Shown in pieces: positions 17,634 through 26,766 of a DNA stretch of 64,000 bases. The DNA comes from Candidatus Poribacteria bacterium (lineage in GTDB: Bacteria; Poribacteria; WGA-4E; WGA-3G): contig OZ244889.1 in assembly GCA_965221425.1 (NCBI GenBank), positions 2,843,854 through 2,907,853 of the forward strand. Reading direction: 5' to 3'. The first letter of the stretch is position 1. Each line of letters opens with the position of its first letter. The notes under the pieces were generated by a model, which was given only the letters and a program-made list of their open reading frames with translations, did no database searches and had not been told where the DNA came from. The position numbers were made by a program, and so were the translations under genes.

Positions 17634-19349
17634 ATGAATCTTGATAAAAACCAAGAGAAAGCTGTTAACCACTTTGCGGGCCCTGCCATCGTTGTTGCGG
17701 GACCAGGGAGCGGTAAAACCAGAGTCGTAACAGAACGTATTCTCAGCCTGATTCAAACCCACAAAATCCCTCCTTCTAAAATCCTCGCCATAGCATTCAA
17801 TAGAAAAGCGGTTGAAGAGATGGAAAATCGGATTGTTGCGGGGCTAAAGTCAAAAAGCACTTTGCCAGTCATCCGTACGCTCCACGCTTTTGGGAAAGAT
17901 ATTGTGACCGCAAACCATAGACATGCAGGATTTGAACATCATCCCGAAATTTGGTCAGGTGAGATTGATAAAATCATTGCACAAGAAAGAGGACAGATTG
18001 ATCAGGCAGCGTCAAGAACGACTGTTTCCATCTATAAAATTGAAAACAAACAGACCGGTAAGTGTTATATAGGGCAGTCCACAAACCCGGAACGGCGGAG
18101 ACGTGAACATTTTGACCACTCATCAAATGATCGGCTCCGTCAAGCCATTCGTGCAGAAGGAGAAACGCAGTTCGTTTTTAAAGTGTTGGAACAGGTTGAA
18201 GGAAGAGAGGCAAACGAACGCGAAGCATATTGGATTAGGCATCACAGAAACTGTGGCGAAGTGTTCAACCGCGCAGACCCGATGCGCGAACAATTTAGCA
18301 ATCAAGTTATGCTTGAGATGTTCTGCCAACATTTTAACATTCAATACACGGATCATCTGGATAGAGACCCCGATTTTGAAAATCTCCGTGACCGTTTTTA
18401 CGACATAAAAGAGATAGTGATGCGAGCAAAACGACAAGTTGAAACAGGCCTCTTTGATCCTAATTCGCTGAAAAACCCTGTTGCGCGTGAATTTGCAAAG
18501 AAATATGAAGATCAAAAATCCGCTGCGAATGCTGTTGACTTTGAGGATATGATTATTTACGCCGCACATCTGTTTGAAACTCACCCAGATATCCGACAAA
18601 AATACATAGACAGATACCCTTATGTGCTTGTTGATGAATTTCAAGATATTGCCCCAATTGATTATCGACTTATTTCTCAACTGTCCGAAAATCTATTTGC
18701 TGTAGGAGACGATGACCAGGCGATTTATAGTTTTCGGGGCGGTGATTCCCAAATTATGCAGAAATTTTCCAACCGATCAGATGTTAAAAAATATGAGATT
18801 ACGCGCAATTATCGTTCTACGTCAACAATTGTGGAGCATGCAAGAGCCATCATTGAACGAAACACACCTCGGATTCGGAAAAACCTACGTTCTCATAACC
18901 CGATGAGAAAAGAATTAGACATTATAGAAACGACACCTGAAACCATCAAAAAACATCTTCTACAAGAATTATCCGATGCTATTGATACCGCAATTCTCGT
19001 CAGAACAAACTATGAGGTTGATCGGATTGAAGAGGTCCTTTCAAGTGAATCTTTATCTTTTCCGGTAGAGGTGACGACAATACATAAAGCAAAGGGACAG
19101 GAATGGGAGAGAGTTATTCTTATTCACAATACGTTGGATCGGAGGTTTCCTCGGCGCGATACCGTCCTTGAAGAGGAACGCCGCGTTTTCTATGTTGCTA
19201 TGACACGTGCGAAAGAGCAATTAGTTGTTCTCGGTGGGACGTGTCAATTCGTACCTGAGTTTAAGAACATTCCGAAGAATATAGGTTATTATTATCGGCA
19301 GTTTGCGTATTGGCGGGCAAGGTGGAAACTGAAAAAACTTGAGACATAG
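17634..19349 (+). CDS. UvrD/Rep-type SF1 helicase with an internal GIY-YIG nuclease domain
   Basis: Helicase motifs are present: AGPGSGKT (I), LVDEFQD (II), VGDDDQAIYSFRGG (III), NYRS (IV), TIHKAKGQEWERVIL and YVAMTRAK (VI). Between motifs Ia and II, at aa 131-212 (nt 18024-18269), lies SIYKIENKQTGKCYIGQSTNPERRRREH...NEREAYWI, which is a GIY-YIG domain. Confidence 0.8.
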   Translation: MNLDKNQEKAVNHFAGPAIVVAGPGSGKTRVVTERILSLIQTHKIPPSKILAIAFNRKAVEEMENRIVAGLKSKSTLPVIRTLHAFGKDIVTANHRHAGFEHHPEIWSGEIDKIIAQERGQIDQAASRTTVSIYKIENKQTGKCYIGQSTNPERRRREHFDHSSNDRLRQAIRAEGETQFVFKVLEQVEGREANEREAYWIRHHRNCGEVFNRADPMREQFSNQVMLEMFCQHFNIQYTDHLDRDPDFENLRDRFYDIKEIVMRAKRQVETGLFDPNSLKNPVAREFAKKYEDQKSAANAVDFEDMIIYAAHLFETHPDIRQKYIDRYPYVLVDEFQDIAPIDYRLISQLSENLFAVGDDDQAIYSFRGGDSQIMQKFSNRSDVKKYEITRNYRSTSTIVEHARAIIERNTPRIRKNLRSHNPMRKELDIIETTPETIKKHLLQELSDAIDTAILVRTNYEVDRIEEVLSSESLSFPVEVTTIHKAKGQEWERVILIHNTLDRRFPRRDTVLEEERRVFYVAMTRAKEQLVVLGGTCQFVPEFKNIPKNIGYYYRQFAYWRARWKLKKLET

Positions 19350-19406
19350 ATTAAGAATTGTGCTATAATCGCCAGATATTCAAAAACTAAATGTTAATTT
19401 TATCTA

Positions 19407-20636
19407 ATGGAAAACAATCCAAAAAACACGAATTCATCTACACGCAACCAGTTCTTTTTCCTCACATTCACACATACCATCCTTGATTCTTACGCCAACC
19501 TATTTCCACATCTACAACCGCGTTTATTAGCTAATCTTGCTTCCGCAGCAACGCGGAATAGTTTTGCAGGTATTCTCATCTCAGTCTATAGCCTTTTCAG
19601 TTCTCTTGGACAGGTTTTCTTTGGGTGGTTGTCGGATAGGGTAAGGACAGTCCATTTCATTACATTCGGAGTAGCATTCACGGTAATCGGTTTAGGCCTG
19701 GTGAGTCTTATCCCTTCAACAGCTATTGTACTTGTGTTATTAGCTATCGGTGGTACGGGTATTGCAGCATTTCATCCACAAGCAACTACTTATGCTGGTG
19801 CACTCGCAGCTGAAACAAGAGGTATGGGGATTTCCATTTTTCTCACAGGTGGTAATATTGGACGCGCTATTGGTCCGGTAGTACTACTTTTGATACCCTA
19901 CCGTCTCGGATACGAACATTTAATTTGGGAAATGATACCGGGTTTACTTGTAGCGTTATCGGTCCCTATCATATTGAAATTTGAACATGAACTTGACCTG
20001 ACCGCGTCTACTCGTGTACTATCACATGGAGAAAAGACACAACGAGAATCCTTTTGGATTGTTGCCCAACCCCACCTGTTCTCACTAATTGTATTGTTTG
20101 TTATTGCCTCGTTTCGAACGGTCACTGGGATAGGATTAGAGAACTTTCTCTCTATCTACTTAAATGACCTGAATTATTCGGATCAGATGCGTTCTTTAGT
20201 TGTTGCGCTCTATATCTTTGCAGGTTCTATGGGTATTATGGGAAGTGGGTGGGTATTAAGTCGTGTACATACACTTATTTTACTGTTGTTCTCACTTGTT
20301 GTTGCGCCGCCACTGCTCTATGCTGCACTTCACACTCAGGGTATCACTGCACTGGTATTTCTGTTTTTGGGTAACGTAGTTCTATCAAGTTCAATTACGT
20401 TAAACATTATAGTAGCACAGATTATTTTGCGAGGGCATGAGAACATCGCATCAAGTTTTATGATGGGTGCATCGTGGGGTGTGGGCGGATTATTAAATTT
20501 GATTGTCGGTGCTTTGGCAGATAAGTACGGATTACCTATTGTGCTGGATTGGTTAGTAATGGTGCCGTTGATGGTGTCCCCACTGGTGATATTCCTCAGG
20601 AGTCAGCCAGATTTATCCAAACCAAAATCTGATTAA
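19407..20636 (+). CDS. MFS transporter
   Basis: 409 aa with about 12 TM helices and a GWLSDR-type loop between TM2 and TM3. Confidence 0.75.
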   Translation: MENNPKNTNSSTRNQFFFLTFTHTILDSYANLFPHLQPRLLANLASAATRNSFAGILISVYSLFSSLGQVFFGWLSDRVRTVHFITFGVAFTVIGLGLVSLIPSTAIVLVLLAIGGTGIAAFHPQATTYAGALAAETRGMGISIFLTGGNIGRAIGPVVLLLIPYRLGYEHLIWEMIPGLLVALSVPIILKFEHELDLTASTRVLSHGEKTQRESFWIVAQPHLFSLIVLFVIASFRTVTGIGLENFLSIYLNDLNYSDQMRSLVVALYIFAGSMGIMGSGWVLSRVHTLILLLFSLVVAPPLLYAALHTQGITALVFLFLGNVVLSSSITLNIIVAQIILRGHENIASSFMMGASWGVGGLLNLIVGALADKYGLPIVLDWLVMVPLMVSPLVIFLRSQPDLSKPKSD

Positions 20637-21712
20637 AAAGCCCATAATACACTTAAAAAATGGGTGTTAATCAGATCGCCTATGAGGAGAGCGTAATCAA
20701 GCCGAAACTGTTTGAGTTGGATACCGACCCCACTTGTCAAGCGAGTATCGCGGTAACCAATGCGCAGTGCTAACGGAGGACTGAGGTGATATTCTATGCC
20801 GAGATGTGTTTGCCCACCGTAACGCTGTTGCCATTGATAGGATAGAATTAATTCGCGATTAAAAAGCAGTTTTGTGAAATAGGCGAGACCTATATTCAGA
20901 TTTGCTGGAATTGATTCTTTAAGGGCAGGCACGGTATTCCATGTCAAAGTTGTTTGGGATATATCCTGTAGGTTTACACCGAAAGCAAACCCACCTGCGT
21001 CTTCAAGACCAAAAAGGGCGTTCATATCTGGTAGGCGCATTAGCACACCCGCATCAAAGCCGTATCCGCGGCTCCCGTAAGTAGAGAAGACGGAAGTAAT
21101 CTCATCAAGATCACCTGCCCCGTTGAAATTCTGAAAGATACCTTTCAGATTGACACCGAACAGAAATTCTGGGGGAACAGAATCTCTACCGAAGTTATCC
21201 CACCACGATTGACTGATGGCAAAGCGCGTTGCAAGGGATAGCACAAAAGCGTTTTCACTATCGTTAAGATACCCCGAAGGTGTAAAATCTTCTTCTCGTG
21301 GTCGATATTTCGGGTCGTTTTTGCGTTGGTCAGCACTAATTGCGGGATCAAATGCGGGTACATCGTAATAGATAGGGATGTCGTCAATACCAGCGCGAAT
21401 CCATGAGAGTCCGAGCGTCAGTTGTGGCAAGATTTTTCCGATGCCGCTGACATAACTAAATGCCCCTAATCCTGAGCGGCGTGTGGCATGCATCATACAG
21501 ACTTGATACTTTTGCGAAACGCCTGCAATTCCGGCGGGATTCCAGTAAGTCGCAGTGGCATCATCAGCTATGCTAACATACGCGCCTCCAAGTCCAAGGG
21601 CGCGTGCGCCGATACCGTTCGTTAAAAAATCACCAGTATAGTTTTCTGCGGATGCTGACAAAACTATAAAAAAACAGCATCCGATAAGTGCCAAGTGTTT
21701 TAGTTTAGTCAA
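20633..21712 (-). CDS. PorV/PorQ-like outer-membrane beta-barrel protein (paralogue of 16068..16997)
   Basis: A signal peptide followed by GIGARALGLGGAYVSIADDATATYWNPAGIAG. The C-terminus ends ...SVLWAF. Confidence 0.7.
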   Translation of the reverse strand: MTKLKHLALIGCCFFIVLSASAENYTGDFLTNGIGARALGLGGAYVSIADDATATYWNPAGIAGVSQKYQVCMMHATRRSGLGAFSYVSGIGKILPQLTLGLSWIRAGIDDIPIYYDVPAFDPAISADQRKNDPKYRPREEDFTPSGYLNDSENAFVLSLATRFAISQSWWDNFGRDSVPPEFLFGVNLKGIFQNFNGAGDLDEITSVFSTYGSRGYGFDAGVLMRLPDMNALFGLEDAGGFAFGVNLQDISQTTLTWNTVPALKESIPANLNIGLAYFTKLLFNRELILSYQWQQRYGGQTHLGIEYHLSPPLALRIGYRDTRLTSGVGIQLKQFRLDYALLIGDLINTHFLSVLWAF

Positions 21713-21754
21713 TGATTCCTATTTCCTTTTAGATTCTGTCATAACAGTGTATTA

Positions 21755-21880
21755 TAGTAAATTATAGAATTAATTGGACATTAGGATCGGTTCGGTTAGG
21801 AAACCGAACCTACCAGGGGTGTTGAGCATCAAACTTTTAGTTTGTGTCCGCATCTGCACAAACTAAAAGTTTGTGCTACA
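21755..21880. repeat. mosaic repeat: TATAGTA..AATTGGACATT module + GGTTCGGTTAGGAAACCGAACCTACC hairpin + double GCACAAACT palindrome
   Basis: The same module order is seen at 33769-33905. Confidence 0.75.
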
Positions 21881-21913
21881 AAATGTCCCTTTAATTCTAA
21901 ATGTCCCTATATT

Positions 21914-22735
21914 TTAGGGTTTGACATCTTGCACACATCTAAATCCTACATCGCTGCTCAAAAGCGAAGGTTTCTCACCCATGCGGTTTGCAACACGAAC
22001 GCTTTTCGCATTGAAACTCCACGAACCCCCACGCACAACACGGCGTGTCTTTATATTTTGGAAGTTATCAATAATCTGATTTGTGTTTTCTGTTCCAGCG
22101 ATGGGGTTCTGATGAGGTGAATTAACATAGAAATTTTTCTGATACGCATCAAGACACCATTCCGACACATTACCGACCATATCAAATAAGTTGTATTTAT
22201 TAGCAGGATATTTTCCGACAGGTGTTGTCTGTTCATCATGTTTGCCAGATTTTGTGTTCTTATTGTAGTTCGCTTTGCTTGTATCAATTGTATCACCCCA
22301 CGGATATTTCTTTCCAATTAAGCCGCCGCGCGCTGCTTTCTCCCATTCTGCTTCAGTCGGCAAACGTTTTCCTGCCCACTGTGCATACACCATTGCATCA
22401 TGCCAACTGACACCGACAACGGGGTGCTGATCGGTAGGCGAACACCGAAAAACAGAATCGGATAGTGCGCGATGTTTCGTGGCATTGATAAACTTTTTGT
22501 AATCTCCCACTGTTACCTCATGTTTATCTATGTAAAAAGCATCAAGATGAACAGTGTGGATAGGCTTTTCGTCACGATCACCGTTTGTGCTCCCCATCTG
22601 AAACTCACCCGCTGGGATTAATACCATTCCTGTGGGTACTGATACGATTTTGGTGTCGTTATGACCATCCGACAACAAGTTTTCTGTAACACAGAAAATG
22701 CTAAACAGTAGTACTATCAACCCGACTTTCATCAA
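21914..22735 (-). CDS. formylglycine-generating-enzyme (SUMF1/FGE-sulfatase) domain protein, exported
   Basis: An N-terminal signal peptide, then MVLIPAGEFQMGS, VSWHDA..YAQWAGKRLPTEAEWEKAARGG, GNVSEW and RVVRGGSW. Confidence 0.8.
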   Translation of the reverse strand: MMKVGLIVLLFSIFCVTENLLSDGHNDTKIVSVPTGMVLIPAGEFQMGSTNGDRDEKPIHTVHLDAFYIDKHEVTVGDYKKFINATKHRALSDSVFRCSPTDQHPVVGVSWHDAMVYAQWAGKRLPTEAEWEKAARGGLIGKKYPWGDTIDTSKANYNKNTKSGKHDEQTTPVGKYPANKYNLFDMVGNVSEWCLDAYQKNFYVNSPHQNPIAGTENTNQIIDNFQNIKTRRVVRGGSWSFNAKSVRVANRMGEKPSLLSSDVGFRCVQDVKP

Positions 22736-22738
22736 TGA

Positions 22739-23602
22739 TTACACCCGATTGAGATTAAAATTGTTCCAATAGTATTGATATTGTGTAGATGTCCAACCGT
22801 TATAGATTTCATCCCACGGCATCCGATTGAAATGAGGTAAAAGTGATCCTTCTGTGACAGGTTTAGAACAACCTTGATAACGATAATCCACTGAAAGACG
22901 AATGCGATCAGGTGACTGATTTGGCAATGCTTTGTGAACGGTGTGGCTGTGAAAGAAAATCGCATCACCTATTTCATAATCTCCGCCAACCCAATGCAAT
23001 CCGTCCGCTTCTAACGGATCAGTGTCAATACCGAGTCCTCCTGCTCCTAATGCTGGCTTCACGGGAAAAATGCCAAACCGATGCGATCCAGCTAAAACAG
23101 ATAATCCCCCCATATATTCAGGACATGCCCCCAACGGAATCCAACCTGTATAGGTCTCCTCAGTGCCACGAATATGGATAAAGTCTTGATGTGCGGGGGT
23201 TGTATACTTTGTGTTTTCTGGGAACATGATTCTTCCGATATTCCGTGGATGCACCAGCGTTTTTTCGCCAAACAATTTGTCACACATATCCAAAACTGCG
23301 GGATGATGTGCAAAGGCATGGAACGATTCAAGAGATTGGAATTCGTCTAACACGGGCCAATATCCGTCATCACCTTCCATGAAAGGACCACCTGTACGAA
23401 TTCCATCTATCAGTGCTTCACCGCCTTGTGCCCATCCGTGCCGATGACAAATCTCCAAAAAATCTTTGCGTAAGCCGTAAATGGACTCAGCATCAATTAA
23501 TCCACGAAAATAGAGATAACCATCCTGTTTTGCTTGTTCGCGGAGTTTTTCAGGCTGATCTAACAGTTCGTTTGAGACAGTAAAGGGTTTAACGTCTGCC
23601 AT
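22739..23602 (-). CDS. phytanoyl-CoA dioxygenase (PhyH) family Fe(II)/2-oxoglutarate oxygenase
   Basis: I prefer the start MADVKPF at 23602, which has a GGAGG about 12 nt upstream. The ORF-track start at 23689 adds 29 aa that run into repeat sequence. HQD (HxD) and a later HSH..H are consistent with the facial triad. Confidence 0.75.
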   Translation of the reverse strand: MADVKPFTVSNELLDQPEKLREQAKQDGYLYFRGLIDAESIYGLRKDFLEICHRHGWAQGGEALIDGIRTGGPFMEGDDGYWPVLDEFQSLESFHAFAHHPAVLDMCDKLFGEKTLVHPRNIGRIMFPENTKYTTPAHQDFIHIRGTEETYTGWIPLGACPEYMGGLSVLAGSHRFGIFPVKPALGAGGLGIDTDPLEADGLHWVGGDYEIGDAIFFHSHTVHKALPNQSPDRIRLSVDYRYQGCSKPVTEGSLLPHFNRMPWDEIYNGWTSTQYQYYWNNFNLNRV

Positions 23603-23740
23603 AACGTATTGTCGCCTCCAAGAGATTATACAAAAATGTTTGTAAATTGGATGTATTGATATTATACCAACAAATAGGAGGCGTGTCAATGATATAGAAC
23701 GGTGTCAGACAATACCACACCCTTAACTCAGTCCCTATAG

Positions 23741-23942
23741 ATGCGGTTAGGAAACGCATCATAGGCGTCAATTTAAGAAGACAAGCGTTCGTAGTCGCGA
23801 ATTCATTGCCAAACGCGCGTTTGGAATTTGGCACTTCGGACATTCTGTAGGAGCGAGTTTTGCTCGCGACCCTGCGTCCGATGTCGCGAGCAAAACTCGC
23901 TCCTACACGAAGAAAATCAGGCACTAAATTAACGCCTATGGC
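23741..23942 (-). repeat. ~200 bp composite repeat, reverse-complement copy of 12266..12478
   Basis: Its reverse complement aligns base for base with the 12.3 kb copy over most of the length. The flanking GCAGAATACCACACGCGTATTCTGC palindrome sits on the opposite side in the two copies, so the structure is mosaic. Confidence 0.85.
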
Positions 23943-24118
23943 AGAATACGCGTGTGGTATTCTGCATTGGTTAGGAAACCGCATCTACCGCAGTGAGTAT
24001 AAATAATTGTTTTTTCTCTAAATCAATCTTAACAGGATCGTTTATTGGTTTGTTGTAAATTTCCGAGATATTCTTCAATAATTACAAATATATGATTCCT
24101 AAATAATGCTTCGATCAT

Positions 24119-24231
24119 TATAGTGAATCCACAATTATCTTTGCATTGGCGAGGTTAGGAAACCTCGCCAGCGTTATGGTGCGGGAATTGTTGTTCATTG
24201 AAATGTCCACAGATTTTCGGATTTTACTATA
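24119..24231 (+). repeat. MITE-like element, copy b
   Basis: TATAGTGAATCCACAATTATC...GGCGAGGTTAGGAAACCTCGCCAGCG...TTGTTCATTGAAATGTCCACAGATTTTCGGATTTTACTATA. Confidence 0.8.
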
Positions 24232-24307
24232 AAATCGGATATTTCTTAACCGATTATTTTGAGAATATGCTACAATTCGGAACAATCTAAACATTAGGAG
24301 GCACAAC

Positions 24308-25489
24308 ATGCTTAGCATCAAACATCTTGAAACAATAACGTTGAATGTACCGTTTTACTGTGATCGTGTCAGTCGGCACATGCACCGTGCAGCAACGCAC
24401 GGAGAACGAGTTTATGTTTACCGCGTTGAACTTAGTAACGGAGTTATAGGGTATGGAGAAAATTTATATGATGAATCGGGTAATATTGAACGATTGGTAG
24501 GGCAAAATCCATTTGCATGTATGAACAATGATGGTGTCGGGTTTGGCATTCAGATGTCACTATATGATGCTGTTGGTAAAACGGTTGGTGTCCCTGTATC
24601 TGGCCTGATTGGTCCGAAGGTGCGTGAAAAGTGTCCGATTTCATGGTGGGATATTGATATGCCGCCAGAGGATTGGGTTGCAGAAGTGCAGGAATCAGTC
24701 AAAAGAGGTTATACATCAGCCAAACTCAAAGCGAGACCTTGGCGAGACATCTTTGCACAAGTTGATGCAGTGGGCAACGCAGTACCAGCGGACTACAAAC
24801 TTGATATTGATTTCAACGGCTTCTTGCTAACAGCGGATAACGCTATTCCTGTTTTACAAAAGTTAGATGAACATCCGAATGTTGCGATCTACGAAAGTCC
24901 GTTCTACCTCGGAACAGATATTGAAGGCGCGGCAAGGTTGCAAGAGGCTGTTCAAAAACGTATCGTAGAGCATTACAATGAATCCTGTTTGCATGCGCGT
25001 TGTTGTGGCGGGTTTGTTGTCGGAGGTAGTGTCAATTCACTGCTGCGTACAAACGCACTCTGCTCTTCATTTGAACAACCGTTCTGGCTACAGATGGTCG
25101 GCACAGGCATTACAACGGCATATTGTGTGCATCTTGGTGCTGTGCTTTCGCAAGCTGAATTGCCAGCGATTACGTGCCATGAGTTGTGGGAATCGGACCT
25201 GCTTGAAACACGACTTGAAGTCGTTGATGGGACGATCAACGTTCCTGACTCACCTGGATTGGGCGTTTCAGTGGATGAAGATGCATTGGTAGCATATCGC
25301 GTTGAAAAATCTGCACCGACACCGCAGCAGCTGTTCCACCAAAGTGATTATACGTGCAGAGTACATATTCCAAATGCGGATGGCGGAGAGACAATCCACG
25401 ATTTCAGCGGAGAGGGTGAATATTATCCGGCGTTTAGTGAAGGAAAGTATCCGGGGTTTGTGCCTGGGGTTTGGATGGAAGTGGTTTAA
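24308..25489 (+). CDS. enolase-superfamily enzyme (mandelate racemase/muconate lactonizing enzyme family)
   Basis: SAKLKARPW, KLDIDFNG, IYESPF and IVEHYNE fit the K/D/E/D metal-ligand strand pattern of MR/MLE barrels. Confidence 0.7.
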   Translation: MLSIKHLETITLNVPFYCDRVSRHMHRAATHGERVYVYRVELSNGVIGYGENLYDESGNIERLVGQNPFACMNNDGVGFGIQMSLYDAVGKTVGVPVSGLIGPKVREKCPISWWDIDMPPEDWVAEVQESVKRGYTSAKLKARPWRDIFAQVDAVGNAVPADYKLDIDFNGFLLTADNAIPVLQKLDEHPNVAIYESPFYLGTDIEGAARLQEAVQKRIVEHYNESCLHARCCGGFVVGGSVNSLLRTNALCSSFEQPFWLQMVGTGITTAYCVHLGAVLSQAELPAITCHELWESDLLETRLEVVDGTINVPDSPGLGVSVDEDALVAYRVEKSAPTPQQLFHQSDYTCRVHIPNADGGETIHDFSGEGEYYPAFSEGKYPGFVPGVWMEVV

Positions 25490-25510
25490 GAGGCCACATG
25501 TAATTCGGCA

Positions 25511-25545
25511 ATGCTCCGGTTGTTTTCAACTGGAGCATTTTTATT
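25511..25545. terminator. hairpin terminator between the convergent enolase-family and mrr genes
   Basis: ATGCTCCGGTTG-tttt-CAACTGGAGCAT followed by TTTTATT. There is an A-rich run on the other side of the stem, so it could act in both directions. Confidence 0.55.
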
Positions 25546-26419
25546 CTGTTTCTGCAAAATAGTTGGAATCTACCCGTTTGATTTCAAAAGTTTCCTTTGT
25601 TGAAACACCGACGTTATGTTCTATCATAAGCTGCGCGAGTTGTTGACCATCAATTAGAACCACCTTGGAATCTGTTGAGTCAATTTTTGAGGCGTAGTCC
25701 GTAGCACGCTTTGCAAAATTTGAGGTAGTAATGAAAATTCCTTTACGAGCTCTTTTTTTTTGTAATGCCCCTACGAAATCACGAACCGGAGGTTCCCCAA
25801 CATTTGTTTTTTCTCTTTTGGCTTGAACATAAATCACATCAAGCCCAAGTCTATCCTCTTTAATAATGCCATCGATTCCACCATCCCCACTGCGTTCGAC
25901 AGCTTCAGCATCCTCTCGTGAACCGCCATAACCCATTGCAACAAGTAAATCAATAACGAGTTCTTCAAAAAAAGCAGGCTTTTTGCTTTTGATGTGATAT
26001 AAAAGTTCGTCCGCCAATTCTTTGTGAACTTTTTGGCAAAAGTCCTCAATCTTATCAACGGTAGACACTACCTCTTCTTGTTCTCCCTCTTGAACAAGGA
26101 AATACGGTGTTCCTTTTTTACCTGGTTTTTTACCTGGTTGACGCATCTTTCCTTTCTTAGCTAGGTTTATAATGGCATCACTTACCATGTAATAAAAAAT
26201 ATTCTGATATCCTTCTTTATTTTTCGTCTTTGCGTTTTTTTGTTCATCAGATAAATTAAAATGTACGACTAATTTTTCTACTGTCTCCCTGATTTTAATT
26301 CCTTCAGATGGATGATCAAGATTTAGAATGGCTGACCTTATTTCTTCAAGTGCTGGAAAATCTATCTGATAACTTTGATTGGTTGCCGGATCAATGGCTG
26401 TTCTTGACGTAGTTTTCAT
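25541..26419 (-). CDS. mrr: Mrr-like type IV (modification-dependent) restriction endonuclease
   Basis: An N-terminal Mrr_N-like winged helix, and a C-terminal catalytic core FEELVIDLLVAMGY...GDGGIDGII...DVIYVQAKR (the D...(D/E)xK pattern). I prefer the start MKTTSR at 26419, which has a GAGG RBS. Confidence 0.8.
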   Translation of the reverse strand: MKTTSRTAIDPATNQSYQIDFPALEEIRSAILNLDHPSEGIKIRETVEKLVVHFNLSDEQKNAKTKNKEGYQNIFYYMVSDAIINLAKKGKMRQPGKKPGKKGTPYFLVQEGEQEEVVSTVDKIEDFCQKVHKELADELLYHIKSKKPAFFEELVIDLLVAMGYGGSREDAEAVERSGDGGIDGIIKEDRLGLDVIYVQAKREKTNVGEPPVRDFVGALQKKRARKGIFITTSNFAKRATDYASKIDSTDSKVVLIDGQQLAQLMIEHNVGVSTKETFEIKRVDSNYFAETE

Positions 26420-26635
26420 AAAAGCCTCTTTAAGATTCAGAAATGTGTTTATAGCATGACACACCCAACCTAATCTGTCAAGTTAAATTTGCCATAGCCA
26501 GAGTCATGCAGTTTTCGCGTTTTTTCCAATATTTACCCAAGGTCGGAATCAACACTAAATGCGCGTGGTATTCAGCTCCTTTGGTTCAGACATATAGCGG
26601 GAAACCCAATGCCCCATTTTGTGCAGCATGAACAC

Positions 26636-26670
26636 CCCCTGCACGTTATTGTGCAGGGGATTCTGCTTTT
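26636..26670 (+). terminator. orphan intrinsic-terminator-like hairpin with no upstream plus-strand gene
   Basis: CCCCTGCAC-gttatt-GTGCAGGGG followed by ATTCTGCTTTT. It lies in the 300-bp spacer between the mrr start and the TolB-like gene. Confidence 0.3.
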
Positions 26671-26766
26671 AAACCAAAATCTGTCCATATTCAGCGGTTT
26701 CGGATTGGCACGCAAATTGCCTATATATTAACATCTACATTGATATATCAATCAAGGAGAACGACA

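Noticed and set aside
22739-23689. The long version of the PhyH ORF, starting at 23689. The mrr (26464), RraA-like (32382), HpcH-like (33317), TolB-like (26740) and TPR (38494) ORFs have similar upstream extensions.
   Set aside because: In each case an internal ATG with a better Shine-Dalgarno sequence starts the recognisable domain, and the extension runs into repeat or intergenic sequence.
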